A stretch of DNA of 24,000 nt, taken from NCBI GenBank assembly GCA_002452405.1, contig DKFP01000009.1:146393-170392 (forward strand), in the 5' to 3' direction. Source of the stretch: Deferribacteraceae bacterium UBA6793. Lineage in GTDB: Bacteria; Chrysiogenota; Deferribacteres; Deferribacterales; Geovibrionaceae. The position numbers were made by a program, and so were the translations under genes. The notes below the pieces were generated by a model that ran no database searches, was not told where the DNA came from, and saw nothing but the letters and a program-made list of their open reading frames with translations. Positions 1 to 8,699 of the stretch are shown in pieces; within the stretch, counting starts at the first letter, position 1, and every line of letters starts with the position of its first letter.

Positions 1-2
1 AT

Positions 3-65
3 CCTGAATGTAAAAACATCAAATCCACAAAGGTTCTTGAAGACGGAACCATCACCGTAAAATAA
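3..65 (+). CDS. 3' end of a CDS that begins left of the window; possibly the last Zn-ribbon of DNA topoisomerase I
   Basis: Frame 3 is open from nt 3 and reads PECKNIKSTKVLEDGTITVK*. Its TAA (63-65) overlaps the trmFO ATG (TAATG). 'PECK' resembles the YPEC(K/D) motif of TopA C-terminal zinc ribbons, and topA-trmFO adjacency is common. Only 20 codons are visible, and frame 1 is also open to nt 60. Confidence 0.3.
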   Translation, partial: PECKNIKSTKVLEDGTITVK

Positions 66-1360
66 TGCAGAAAGTTACAATCATAGGCGGCGGGCTTGCC
101 GGATGCGAGTCCGCCTTTTTTCTTGCAGAACGAGGCTTTCAGGTGGTCATGTATGAAATGCGACCATCGGCGATGACTCCTGCCCACGAAACGAAATTCC
201 TCGGCGAACTGGTCTGCTCAAACTCCCTTAAAAGCACCGCGGAAGACACTTCCAGCGGACTTCTGAAGAATGAAATGCGCCTTATAGGCAGCGTTGTTCT
301 GCGCGCGGCGGAAAAAACTTCCGTCCCGGCAGGAAACGCCCTTGCCGTTGACAGAGAAAACTTCGCGGCGGAGCTTGACAGCATCATACGCAACCATCCG
401 AATATCACCGTCATAGAGAAAGAGATTACAGAAATACCCGCAGACCGACCCTGCATCATCGCCACAGGTCCTCTGACAAGCGACGCTTTCGCGCAGCAGA
501 TTAAGTCGCGGTTCGGCGGCGGACTGTACTTTTTCGATGCCATAGCCCCCGTCATATCAAAAGACAGCATAGATATGAGCAAAGCGTTCTTTAAAAGCCG
601 CTGGGAAAAGGGCGACAACGATTATCTCAACATCGGCATGAACAAAGAACAGTATGAGCATTTTTATAATGAACTCGTGGCTTCCGACAAAGTTGCCTTT
701 GAGGATTTTGAAAAGCTCAACGTATACGAAGGCTGTATGCCAATAGAGGAGATGGCGGCGCGGGGTATAAAAACCCTGACGTTCGGTCCTTTCCGTCCTG
801 TCGGTCTTCGACACCCTGAAACAAACGAAAAATACGCCGCTGTGCTCCAGATGCGTATGGAAAATAAAGAGGGCACCGCATATAATCTTGTGGGCTGCCA
901 GACGAAAATGAAGATAGCCGACCAGAAGCGGGTCTTCGGGCTTATTCCGGGACTTGAGAACGCAGAATTTCTGAGATACGGCAGCATACACAGAAACACT
1001 TATATCCACGCACCGAAGGTGCTTGACCGCTGTTTCCGTGTTAAAAACGACCCGCAGCTCTATTTCGCCGGACAGATAACCGGTGTGGAAGGCTATATGG
1101 AATCGGCTGCAAGCGGGCTTCTCGCAGCGTTTTCACTCGTACATCCTGATTTTAAAGGATTTTCTGAGCTTACGGCTCTGGGTGCGCTCGCACGCCATGT
1201 TTCAGGCGAACTTGCGGAGAACAAAAAAGAATACGTTCCCAGTAACTTCCACTTCGGTATGGTTCCTCAGTTTGAACACCGCATCCGCGATAAAAAAGAG
1301 AAAAAAGCCGCATACGCAAAACGTGCAATTGATGCGCTTAAAGCGGATTTAGGACTTTAA
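65..1360 (+). CDS. trmFO: methylenetetrahydrofolate--tRNA-(uracil-5-)-methyltransferase TrmFO (Gid)
   Basis: 431 aa. N-terminal FAD fold IIGGGLAGCE. Family motifs YEMRP, ELVCSNSLK and FAGQITGVEGYMESAASGL. Length and order match TrmFO. Confidence 0.93.
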   Translation: MQKVTIIGGGLAGCESAFFLAERGFQVVMYEMRPSAMTPAHETKFLGELVCSNSLKSTAEDTSSGLLKNEMRLIGSVVLRAAEKTSVPAGNALAVDRENFAAELDSIIRNHPNITVIEKEITEIPADRPCIIATGPLTSDAFAQQIKSRFGGGLYFFDAIAPVISKDSIDMSKAFFKSRWEKGDNDYLNIGMNKEQYEHFYNELVASDKVAFEDFEKLNVYEGCMPIEEMAARGIKTLTFGPFRPVGLRHPETNEKYAAVLQMRMENKEGTAYNLVGCQTKMKIADQKRVFGLIPGLENAEFLRYGSIHRNTYIHAPKVLDRCFRVKNDPQLYFAGQITGVEGYMESAASGLLAAFSLVHPDFKGFSELTALGALARHVSGELAENKKEYVPSNFHFGMVPQFEHRIRDKKEKKAAYAKRAIDALKADLGL

Positions 1361-1894
1361 GCAGTTAATAATCTCTTCCGCAAACTCCCAGCACTGCTGT
1401 TTATTCAGCAGCGTTCGCGGGTTTTTTCTGGTTGCCTGTTCCGCCTCGCTCAGCGCAATGGAATGATAAAACTTCTCCAGCCTGTGCTTATCAGTTTCCG
1501 CCAGTTTTTCAAATATCATCTCGCCGCCGAGAATCCTTCCCGCAACGCACCTCTGCCCCAGCATCGCTCCGTATCTTTCCAGCATAACGGTTCCGCCGTA
1601 TGCGTTACCTCTGCGGAAAAAGGTCTCCGTGCGCATGGCAACACCGAAAAGCGCCGTTTTGGCAAGCATCAGTTCATCTATATTCGAAGCGATATACTGC
1701 TCCATCTCTGAAAGAAATTTGTGGGAATAGATACCGGAACCGAGCAGAATTGCATCGTATCCGCCGCACTCAGGGTTCTCAGCAACGTTGACACATTCAG
1801 CTGTATGACCGCCGAGTATAAACCGCTCGTTTATCCAATGCGCAACCGTTGCCGATGAGCCGTATCTTGTTGCATAAATAGTAAGAATTTTCAT
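1349..1894 (-). CDS. flavodoxin-fold domain protein (HemG/Flavodoxin_5-like), function unknown
   Basis: 181 aa. N-terminus MKILTIYATRYGSSATVA followed by DAILLGSGIY is a typical flavodoxin-like FMN-binding loop pattern. The start ATG overlaps the stop of the upstream GGDEF gene (ATGA at 1891-1894). The 3' end overlaps the trmFO 3' end by 12 nt (convergent). Confidence 0.6.
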   Translation of the reverse strand: MKILTIYATRYGSSATVAHWINERFILGGHTAECVNVAENPECGGYDAILLGSGIYSHKFLSEMEQYIASNIDELMLAKTALFGVAMRTETFFRRGNAYGGTVMLERYGAMLGQRCVAGRILGGEMIFEKLAETDKHRLEKFYHSIALSEAEQATRKNPRTLLNKQQCWEFAEEIINCLKS

Positions 1895-4026
1895 ATTTCA
1901 ACCTTGTTGCGTCCGCTCTGCTTCGCTCTGTAAAGAGCTTCGTCCGCCCGCTTAATCATATTGTCAGTGCCCGCATCGTCAACCTGCGCAACACCGAAAC
2001 TGCAAGTGAGTCTGTCCACAGCGGGAAATGAGAACATCTCAACCTTAGACCTTAATTTCTCCGCAAGGTTTTGTGCTCCTTCAATATCCGTTCCGCAGCA
2101 GACAACAAGAAACTCTTCCCCTCCCCAGCGCCCGAAGATATCCGATTCCCTGATGGACTGCTTGATAAGCCGTGCAAGGGATTTCAGCACATCGTCGCCG
2201 GCAAGGTGACCGTAAGTATCGTTCACTCTTTTAAAATAGTCTATGTCGAACATTATGACAGAGTAACTTTGTTCGTATCTTTTGAAACGCACAAATTCCG
2301 CACTTAAAACCTCGTCGAGCCTTATGCGGTTGTAAACTCCGGTAAGTTTATCGGTAACAGAGAGTATCTCTATGCGCTTTTTGTCGGTTACATCGGTGGA
2401 GATTGAAAGAAAACCCGTTCGCACGCCGTTTTTAAACACAGGCTGTATCATGCTCTGAACCCAGACTATGTCGCCGTTTTTCGTAACTTTTTTAATCTCG
2501 CCGTTCCATATCCTGCCGGAAAGGATGGTCTCCATTACGAAGGGCTGAACGTCTCTGAGAAACTCCTCATGGTTGATCATCATAGCCGGTTTCCCGATGA
2601 GTTCCTCTTCCGTATAACCGAAAAGACGGCAGAAAGCCGTGCTGACAGAGGTCATGCCCGCGTTTTCATCTGAACGGACAACCAGAACGTTCCAGTCCAC
2701 TATAGATATATATTCCTGAAGCCTGTTTTCCGCCTCAACCCGTTCCGTGATATCGTAAAACGCTATTATCCCCATATTGTCTATCACCGAATACAGAAAA
2801 ACTATCTCTTTAGTCGTATAGTTCTTGCATGTAACGGTCGCCTGAATGGGGTGGGGATTTTCACCCCTGATAACTTTTGCCGTATAATCCTTCCATCTGT
2901 CTCTGGCTGCGTTCCGGTATTCTTCATCCGGAAAGGCAAGATGCCACCACGTTTTGACGGCGTTCATATCCCCAAGTTCATAACCGAATATCTCTGTGAA
3001 CATTTTATTCACCAGCACTGGCTTGCTCCTGTCGTCTATGAGACACAACGGGATAGGCGACGCTTCAAAAAGCTGTCTGAGATGCTTTTCACTTTCCGCC
3101 AGCCTGTCCTGATATACCTTGATTTCCGAAACGTCTCTGGTCGTAACCATTATAGTGCCGTTTGGGAGCATTGTAAGATTCATCTGGACGCTGACATAAG
3201 TACCGTTCTTACGCACACAGCGTTTTTCAAACATGTCGTAATAGCCTTTTTCCATGAGCTTTTTCATCATCTCCATCGTGCCGGACAAATCATCCTTATG
3301 CGTAAGCTCAAGACAGGATTTTGAAAGAAGCTCATCACGGGTATACCCCGTCATGAGTTCGTATGCACTGTTGACGTCTATGAAATATGTCTCCATGTCC
3401 AGTATGGCTATGCCGTCACGGGACTGGCGAAAGAGCATCTCACGCTCCTGCTTCGCCTTAACCTGCTCTGTTACATCTTCAAGAAGCCCCTGCACGCCTC
3501 TGACAGTACCCTTTTTACAGAAAACAGGAACGGCAGTGAGCTTTAAAAGTCTTTTGTCCTTTGCGGTTGCAAAGTAAATAAGGATATTTTTGCCGGAATG
3601 CGCGCATTGAACGAAGATGAAATCATAGACTGATGTTTTTTCGTCCTCCGCCACAGCATCTATAAAAGTTAAGAATGAAACCTCTTTCCTTCCGTCAAGA
3701 CCTAAAAAAGATGCTGATTTATCTGAAAGATAGAAGTTTTCAGTATCCATATTCAGTTCGAAACTGCCTATGCTGCCTACTGATTCGACAATGGAAAGTA
3801 CGGCTGTTAACTTTTTGTTCGCAACTTCTCTGCGATATTTAACAAAGAGAACAAGGAGGGCAAAAACAAGCAGACCGGAAAAATAAAAAACGATATCTCC
3901 GGATATCTGCCTGCTGTATATAAAGAAATAGGCTACGAATCCACCAAATGCAAAAACGGCTAACAAAAGAAAAGTAAGGATGTTATCTCCATATTTTTTC
4001 ATAAACACCCGCATTAAGTTAGTCAA
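1891..4026 (-). CDS. membrane-anchored multi-PAS diguanylate cyclase (GGDEF)
   Basis: 711 aa. Two N-terminal hydrophobic helices, 3-4 PAS-like repeats (e.g. RQSRDGIAILDMETYFIDVNSAYELMTGYTRDELL). C-terminal GGDEF domain with active site RWGGEEF and an RxxD I-site (RESD) exactly 5 residues upstream. Start is uncertain: TTG 4026, or ATG at 4014 or 4002. Confidence 0.85.
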   Translation of the reverse strand: MTNLMRVFMKKYGDNILTFLLLAVFAFGGFVAYFFIYSRQISGDIVFYFSGLLVFALLVLFVKYRREVANKKLTAVLSIVESVGSIGSFELNMDTENFYLSDKSASFLGLDGRKEVSFLTFIDAVAEDEKTSVYDFIFVQCAHSGKNILIYFATAKDKRLLKLTAVPVFCKKGTVRGVQGLLEDVTEQVKAKQEREMLFRQSRDGIAILDMETYFIDVNSAYELMTGYTRDELLSKSCLELTHKDDLSGTMEMMKKLMEKGYYDMFEKRCVRKNGTYVSVQMNLTMLPNGTIMVTTRDVSEIKVYQDRLAESEKHLRQLFEASPIPLCLIDDRSKPVLVNKMFTEIFGYELGDMNAVKTWWHLAFPDEEYRNAARDRWKDYTAKVIRGENPHPIQATVTCKNYTTKEIVFLYSVIDNMGIIAFYDITERVEAENRLQEYISIVDWNVLVVRSDENAGMTSVSTAFCRLFGYTEEELIGKPAMMINHEEFLRDVQPFVMETILSGRIWNGEIKKVTKNGDIVWVQSMIQPVFKNGVRTGFLSISTDVTDKKRIEILSVTDKLTGVYNRIRLDEVLSAEFVRFKRYEQSYSVIMFDIDYFKRVNDTYGHLAGDDVLKSLARLIKQSIRESDIFGRWGGEEFLVVCCGTDIEGAQNLAEKLRSKVEMFSFPAVDRLTCSFGVAQVDDAGTDNMIKRADEALYRAKQSGRNKVEI

Positions 4027-4120
4027 TAAATGTATCTATTTAAAAAATAGCACACATTTACTATTTTGCCATGATAAAATCCTACTCTTTACGAATTATT
4101 TAATGAAATGATTTAGGATT

Positions 4121-4149
4121 AAAAAAAGCGGGTGCTCTGTACACCCGCT
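4121..4149 (-). terminator. intrinsic terminator downstream of purC
   Basis: On the minus strand, just after the purC stop: stem GCGGGTG (4142-4148 pairs with 4128-4134), 7-nt loop, then a run of 7 T (complement of A 4121-4127). Confidence 0.6.
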
Positions 4150-4159
4150 GTATTGATAG

Positions 4160-5038
4160 TTAACTTTTGAGGATATCCGCTATTTTGCGATAGATTGCTT
4201 CCGTACCTTTGACTATCTCTTCGGGAAGTACCGGTCCGGGCGCTTTTTTGCCCCAGTCCAGTGTTTCCAGATAGTTTCTGACATACTGTTTATCCATACC
4301 CTGCTGTGGCTGACCTGCGGCATAGTCCGCCTTGCTCCAGAATCTGGATGAATCGGGAGTAAGTATCTCGTCGATGAGGATTATCTCGCCGTTCAGCTCG
4401 CCGAACTCAAACTTTGTGTCGGCAATTATGATACCTTTCTCAAGGGCAAGGTCTCTGGCAGTTTCATATATTTTAACTGTGTAGTCTCTCAGTTTCTGAG
4501 CTGTTTCGGCACCGACCTTCTCTTTCATCTGCTCAAAAGAGATGTTCTCATCGTGTTCGCCCAGCTCCGCTTTGGATGCGGGGGTGAAAAGTGTTTCGGG
4601 GAATCTTTCAGACTCTTTCAGTCCTGCGGGAAGTTTGATTCCGCAGATCTCGCCTGTTGCGAGGTAGTCTTTCCAGCCGGAGCCTGTTATGTAGCCCCTT
4701 GCGACACACTCAACGGGATAAGGCTTGCATTTGTGGACAAGCATGGTTCTGCCTTCGAGGATGTCGGCATACTGACGACATTCTTCGGGCATTTCGTTCA
4801 CATCAGCAGTGATAAGGTGGTTTTTGATGATGTGCTTCGTCTTTTCGAACCAGAAGAGGGACAGCTCGGTGAGTATCTTGCCCTTATTGGGTATACCGTT
4901 GGGCATGATGACGTCGAAAGCCGAAATTCTGTCGGTAGTAACAATGAGCATCTTGTCGCCCATGTCGTAAATGTCTCTTACCTTGCCTCTTCCAAGGAGT
5001 TTGAGCCCTTTCAGCTCAGTGGAAAGAACCGTGTTCAT
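4160..5038 (-). CDS. purC: phosphoribosylaminoimidazole-succinocarboxamide (SAICAR) synthase
   Basis: 292 aa long-form PurC. Motifs [31 protein letters not shown] 9 nt upstream of the ATG. Confidence 0.95.
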   Translation of the reverse strand: MNTVLSTELKGLKLLGRGKVRDIYDMGDKMLIVTTDRISAFDVIMPNGIPNKGKILTELSLFWFEKTKHIIKNHLITADVNEMPEECRQYADILEGRTMLVHKCKPYPVECVARGYITGSGWKDYLATGEICGIKLPAGLKESERFPETLFTPASKAELGEHDENISFEQMKEKVGAETAQKLRDYTVKIYETARDLALEKGIIIADTKFEFGELNGEIILIDEILTPDSSRFWSKADYAAGQPQQGMDKQYVRNYLETLDWGKKAPGPVLPEEIVKGTEAIYRKIADILKS

Positions 5039-5055
5039 TTATATTACCTCTGTTT

Positions 5056-6708
5056 TCAGGAAATTTTCTTAACTCTGAAATAAGCCTCTATGCCGCCTGT
5101 TATGTTATATGCCTCAAAACCAAGGTTTCTAAGGCTGCGCACGGCAAGATAGCCCCTGAATCCGACAGCACAATATACATAAACAGGTCGGGTTCTGTCA
5201 ATTTTATCCGTATTATTTCTCACATCGTTAACAAAAATGTGCTGCGAACCCTCTATGGTGTATGCCTTGTGCTCCGGAGCTGAACGCACGTCGAGAAGTT
5301 GGAGTTTTTCGCCCTTTTTGATTTTTTCATAAACAAACTCCGGTGTAACGGTGTAACCTGTCTGGCGGAGACTGTTCGAGGCAACAAATCCGGCGATGTT
5401 AAGGTTGTCTTTCGCCGAGGCAAATGGTGGAGCGTAGCAGAATTCAAGATGTTCGAGGTCATAAACAGTAAGCCCCGCATAGATGGCGACAGCCGCCTCA
5501 TCCGCCCTCTTCTCCGTGCCGTCGGCACCGCAGGCGGAAAGCCCGAGCAACCTGCCGTTTTTTTTGTCGTAAATTGTCATCATGAATATATACCCGTGTC
5601 CGGGGTAGTATGATGAGGTATTAACATCCTCTGTGTAAACATATTCCGCATCGAATCCGGCGGCAAGCGCCTGTTCGTAAGTAAGTCCCGTCTGAGCAGT
5701 CACGAACCCGTTAAAGCCGACGACGGAAGAACCTATAACGCCTTTGAATATCATATCGCCGCCCGCCATGTTGCATCCGGCTGCCCTTCCCTCGCGGTTT
5801 GCGGGACCTGCCAGCGGCATCAGAACCTTTTTACCTGTGATGAGGTTCGTCTTTTCCACAACGTCACCCGCGGCATAAATATCCTTTACGTTGGTCTCCA
5901 TCCGTTCGTTTGTGAGTATACCGCCCCTTTCGCCGATAACAACGCCCGCCGCAGAGGCAAGCTCTGTCCATGGGCGCACTCCCGTGCAAAGGATAACAAG
6001 GTCGGTATCTATAACCGTGCCATCGGAAAGTTCCGCGTGTATCCTGTCGGTCTGTGTCAGCTTTTTAACGTATTTCTTTATGATAACGTCGCTGCCGTCA
6101 GATATCATCTTTTCGCGAAGGTTCATGGCGATTATGCGGGGCAGATTGGGCATTATCTCGTCCAGCGCCTCCACCACAACCGGCTTTATGCCGCAGTGGA
6201 GCATCGCTTCGGCAGTCTCTATACCGATGAATCCGCCGCCTATGATAAGCGCACTCTCAGGTTTTTTAGTCTCTATCCACTCTTTAACGCCGTCCGCATC
6301 GTCCACCGTCCGCATGGTGAAATAAGGCACGGTGTCTATACCCTCAATTTTCGGGATAAAGGTCTTCGCACCTGTGGCAATGAGAAGTTTGTCGTAAGGG
6401 GTTTCAATCTGCCCCTTCTCAGTTGCGAAGAGAACGGTCTTTTTAACAGGGTCGATGGCGAGCGCCTCTGTGTTGGTCATTACGTTTGCGTTGAATCTGT
6501 CGCCGAATGTTTTTTTTGTGTGCAGAAGGATACTGCTTCTGGATGCGATGGTGCCGCCTGTGTAGTACGGCAGACCGCAGTTTGCAAATGAAATATATTT
6601 ACCTTTTTCCGCCATTGTAATCGAGACGTCTTCGCTGGTGCGCCTTGCTTTTGCGGCTGCTGTCGCGCCTGCGGCGACCCCTCCGATGATAACTATTTTA
6701 GTGTTCAT
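5056..6708 (-). CDS. FAD-dependent CoA-disulfide/persulfide reductase with C-terminal rhodanese domain (CoADR-RHD type)
   Basis: 550 aa. FAD motif IIGGVAAGATAA, redox Cys in SFANCGLPYY, NAD(P)H motif IIGGGFIGIE, GD motif YAAGD. C-terminal rhodanese with active-site loop YCAVGFRG. The start lies 11 nt inside the mtaB 3' end. Confidence 0.85.
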   Translation of the reverse strand: MNTKIVIIGGVAAGATAAAKARRTSEDVSITMAEKGKYISFANCGLPYYTGGTIASRSSILLHTKKTFGDRFNANVMTNTEALAIDPVKKTVLFATEKGQIETPYDKLLIATGAKTFIPKIEGIDTVPYFTMRTVDDADGVKEWIETKKPESALIIGGGFIGIETAEAMLHCGIKPVVVEALDEIMPNLPRIIAMNLREKMISDGSDVIIKKYVKKLTQTDRIHAELSDGTVIDTDLVILCTGVRPWTELASAAGVVIGERGGILTNERMETNVKDIYAAGDVVEKTNLITGKKVLMPLAGPANREGRAAGCNMAGGDMIFKGVIGSSVVGFNGFVTAQTGLTYEQALAAGFDAEYVYTEDVNTSSYYPGHGYIFMMTIYDKKNGRLLGLSACGADGTEKRADEAAVAIYAGLTVYDLEHLEFCYAPPFASAKDNLNIAGFVASNSLRQTGYTVTPEFVYEKIKKGEKLQLLDVRSAPEHKAYTIEGSQHIFVNDVRNNTDKIDRTRPVYVYCAVGFRGYLAVRSLRNLGFEAYNITGGIEAYFRVKKIS

Positions 6709-7972
6709 GTCCGATAATCTCCGCTTTCAGTGTGTTGTCGTTTCCGACACCAGTTATTAATACATCCAAAAGCAGGTTCTGTTCAACACCATTCGGGAAT
6801 ATGACCGTAAAAAAATTATCGGTAAGCCCTGTATTGTCGTTTTGAGTGAGTGTTTTCAGGCATTTGCCCACCATCCGTTCTGCGGAGGCGCGCTTCATCT
6901 CTTTTGCGATATCCCTGAGTTGCTTCGCTCTGGCAGACTTTGTTTTCGAGTCCACCTTGCCATTCATAAGGCTTGCCTCGGTGCCGGAACGGTCGGAATA
7001 GCTGAACACGTGTATGTGGTCTATTCCGGCTTTTTTCACAGTGTCCATTGTCTCGCGGAAATTTTCGTCTGTCTCTGTTGGAAACCCCACGATTATATCT
7101 GCGCCGATGGTGCAGTCGGGCACAAGTTTTTTCAGTATCTGCGCCTTTTCTATATATTCTTCGGCTGTGTAGTGCCGCCGCATCTTTTTCAATATCTCAG
7201 TGGAGCCGCTTTGCAGCGGAATATGATAGTGGCGGCATATCCTGTCCTGATGATCAGTCAGAAGCGCAATCATCTCGTCCGTAAGCTCGTTAAGCTCTAT
7301 GGAGGTGAGCCTTATGCGGAAGCCTTCTATTTCGTTGATAAGTCTTCTTATCAGGCTGACCAGATTCACATTGCCGGAAAGGTCGAGACCGTATTTGCCG
7401 ACGTGTATACCAACAGGAACAATCTCTTTGTGTCCGCTCTGTGCAAGGTGTCTGACCTCGTTTACAACGGAATCCATATCTCGGCTGGACGGTTTACCGC
7501 GCAGAGAAGGGATTATGCAGTAGGCACAGAAACTGTCGCAACCGTCCTGTATCTTAACGAACGCACGGGTGCGGGTTATCATTTTGGGATTTTCCGCGAG
7601 AACAAACTCATGCGGTTCCGAAATACTGCGCAAAAAATCAGAATTCTCAGAAATATAGTGCAAAATGTCCATTTTTCCTGAGTTTGTGACCACTATATCA
7701 GCACCGATATTTTTTAGTTTATCCTTATCTTTCTCGGCTGCACAGCCTGTTGCGGCTATAATCACCGAAGGATTATCTTTTTTCAGTTTTTTTATCAGAT
7801 TACGGAATTTTTTCTCAGCATTTTCGGTAACGGCACAGCTGTTTAAAACCACCAGCTCTGCGTTTTCGATATTGGAAACAGGAGTAAATCCGTGTTTTTC
7901 TGCATTATTCACAATATTTTCACTTTCCACTTGATTTACTTTGCATCCAAAGGTATAGATATATATATTCAT
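6698..7972 (-). CDS. mtaB: radical-SAM methylthiotransferase, MtaB-like (tRNA ms2t6A)
   Basis: 424 aa. N-terminal MTTase domain with TFGCKVNQVESE (the GCKVNQ form is typical of MtaB rather than MiaB or RimO). Radical-SAM CDSFCAYC. C-terminal TRAM-like tail. Confidence 0.75.
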   Translation of the reverse strand: MNIYIYTFGCKVNQVESENIVNNAEKHGFTPVSNIENAELVVLNSCAVTENAEKKFRNLIKKLKKDNPSVIIAATGCAAEKDKDKLKNIGADIVVTNSGKMDILHYISENSDFLRSISEPHEFVLAENPKMITRTRAFVKIQDGCDSFCAYCIIPSLRGKPSSRDMDSVVNEVRHLAQSGHKEIVPVGIHVGKYGLDLSGNVNLVSLIRRLINEIEGFRIRLTSIELNELTDEMIALLTDHQDRICRHYHIPLQSGSTEILKKMRRHYTAEEYIEKAQILKKLVPDCTIGADIIVGFPTETDENFRETMDTVKKAGIDHIHVFSYSDRSGTEASLMNGKVDSKTKSARAKQLRDIAKEMKRASAERMVGKCLKTLTQNDNTGLTDNFFTVIFPNGVEQNLLLDVLITGVGNDNTLKAEIIGHEH

Positions 7973-8119
7973 TATTCAGGTGTATTCCCCTGTAGGTTTT
8001 AGATATAAAAGAGCACTTTCGGCATGTTGACGGGAGTGCTTTTTTTATTTAAAGCAATATATCGGTTTTAATTCAAATGTATAGTGCTATATTGTAAAAA
8101 AACTTGCCCGGAGTTTTTT

Positions 8120-8578
8120 ATGAAAAAGTTTTCGCAGTTCATTATTTTTTTATTGTTTCTGGTCTTAATAGCATATCTTGTTTACCTGATGCAGGGTAAT
8201 CTGTCGTTTAAAATCAGCGACGTAGGCTCAAGAAAGAACGCTTTTGAAGACTACAAAACAGAAACGAATTTCAAAAACGGAATCTTCCGCGTGGAGATAA
8301 AAGACCTTGTCACCAGCACAGGTTCCGGCGAAAAACAGTACTTCAGGTACGACCTCTCTTTTGAAACCTTCGACAAAAAAAGCGCTAAAGCCATCCAAAA
8401 CAGAAAGGATGAAATTGCGGTTATCATCAACTCGGTAATGACCACGCTTTCACCGGACGAGCTTGACACAGAGCCGGAACGCATGAGAGCAAAACAGCTC
8501 ATCGCGATGAAAATTGAGGAATATTACCCGGATATCAAAATTAAGGATTTGTATTTTACAAATTATGTATATAATTAA
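8120..8578 (+). CDS. FliL-like flagellar basal-body-associated membrane protein (stand-alone)
   Basis: Single N-terminal TM helix, then the FliL-type pattern (YFRYDLSFE..., ...DELDTEPERMRAKQLIAMKI..., C-terminal LYFTNYVYN, cf. the FliL 'FT.F..Q' ending). I prefer ATG 8120 (GGAG 6 nt upstream) over the track's GTG 8084, because a TGcTATATT extended -10-like box sits at 8085-8093. Confidence 0.5.
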   Translation: MKKFSQFIIFLLFLVLIAYLVYLMQGNLSFKISDVGSRKNAFEDYKTETNFKNGIFRVEIKDLVTSTGSGEKQYFRYDLSFETFDKKSAKAIQNRKDEIAVIINSVMTTLSPDELDTEPERMRAKQLIAMKIEEYYPDIKIKDLYFTNYVYN

Positions 8579-8699
8579 TAGATTCATGCAAAGAATTATC
8601 TTTTAACACAAATTGACGCACGCAACCCACGAAAGACTCTTTAAAAGCCTTATCGGTGTGTCTTTTTTGCTGTTTTAAAGGTAATGCAAAGAGAAGGTT

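Noticed and set aside
6842-7681. Long antisense ORFs opposite real genes: 279 aa opposite mtaB, 184 aa opposite the reductase, 251 aa opposite the kinase-like gene, and 173 aa opposite btsS/btsR.
   Set aside because: Each is fully embedded opposite a confidently identified gene, lacks motifs, and has the skewed composition of shadow ORFs.
8084-8119. GTG 8084 as the start of the FliL-like gene.
   Set aside because: ATG 8120 has a GGAG RBS at the right spacing and begins directly at the signal-anchor helix. A -10-like TGcTATATT box overlaps 8085-8093, so the extension would probably lie upstream of the transcript start.
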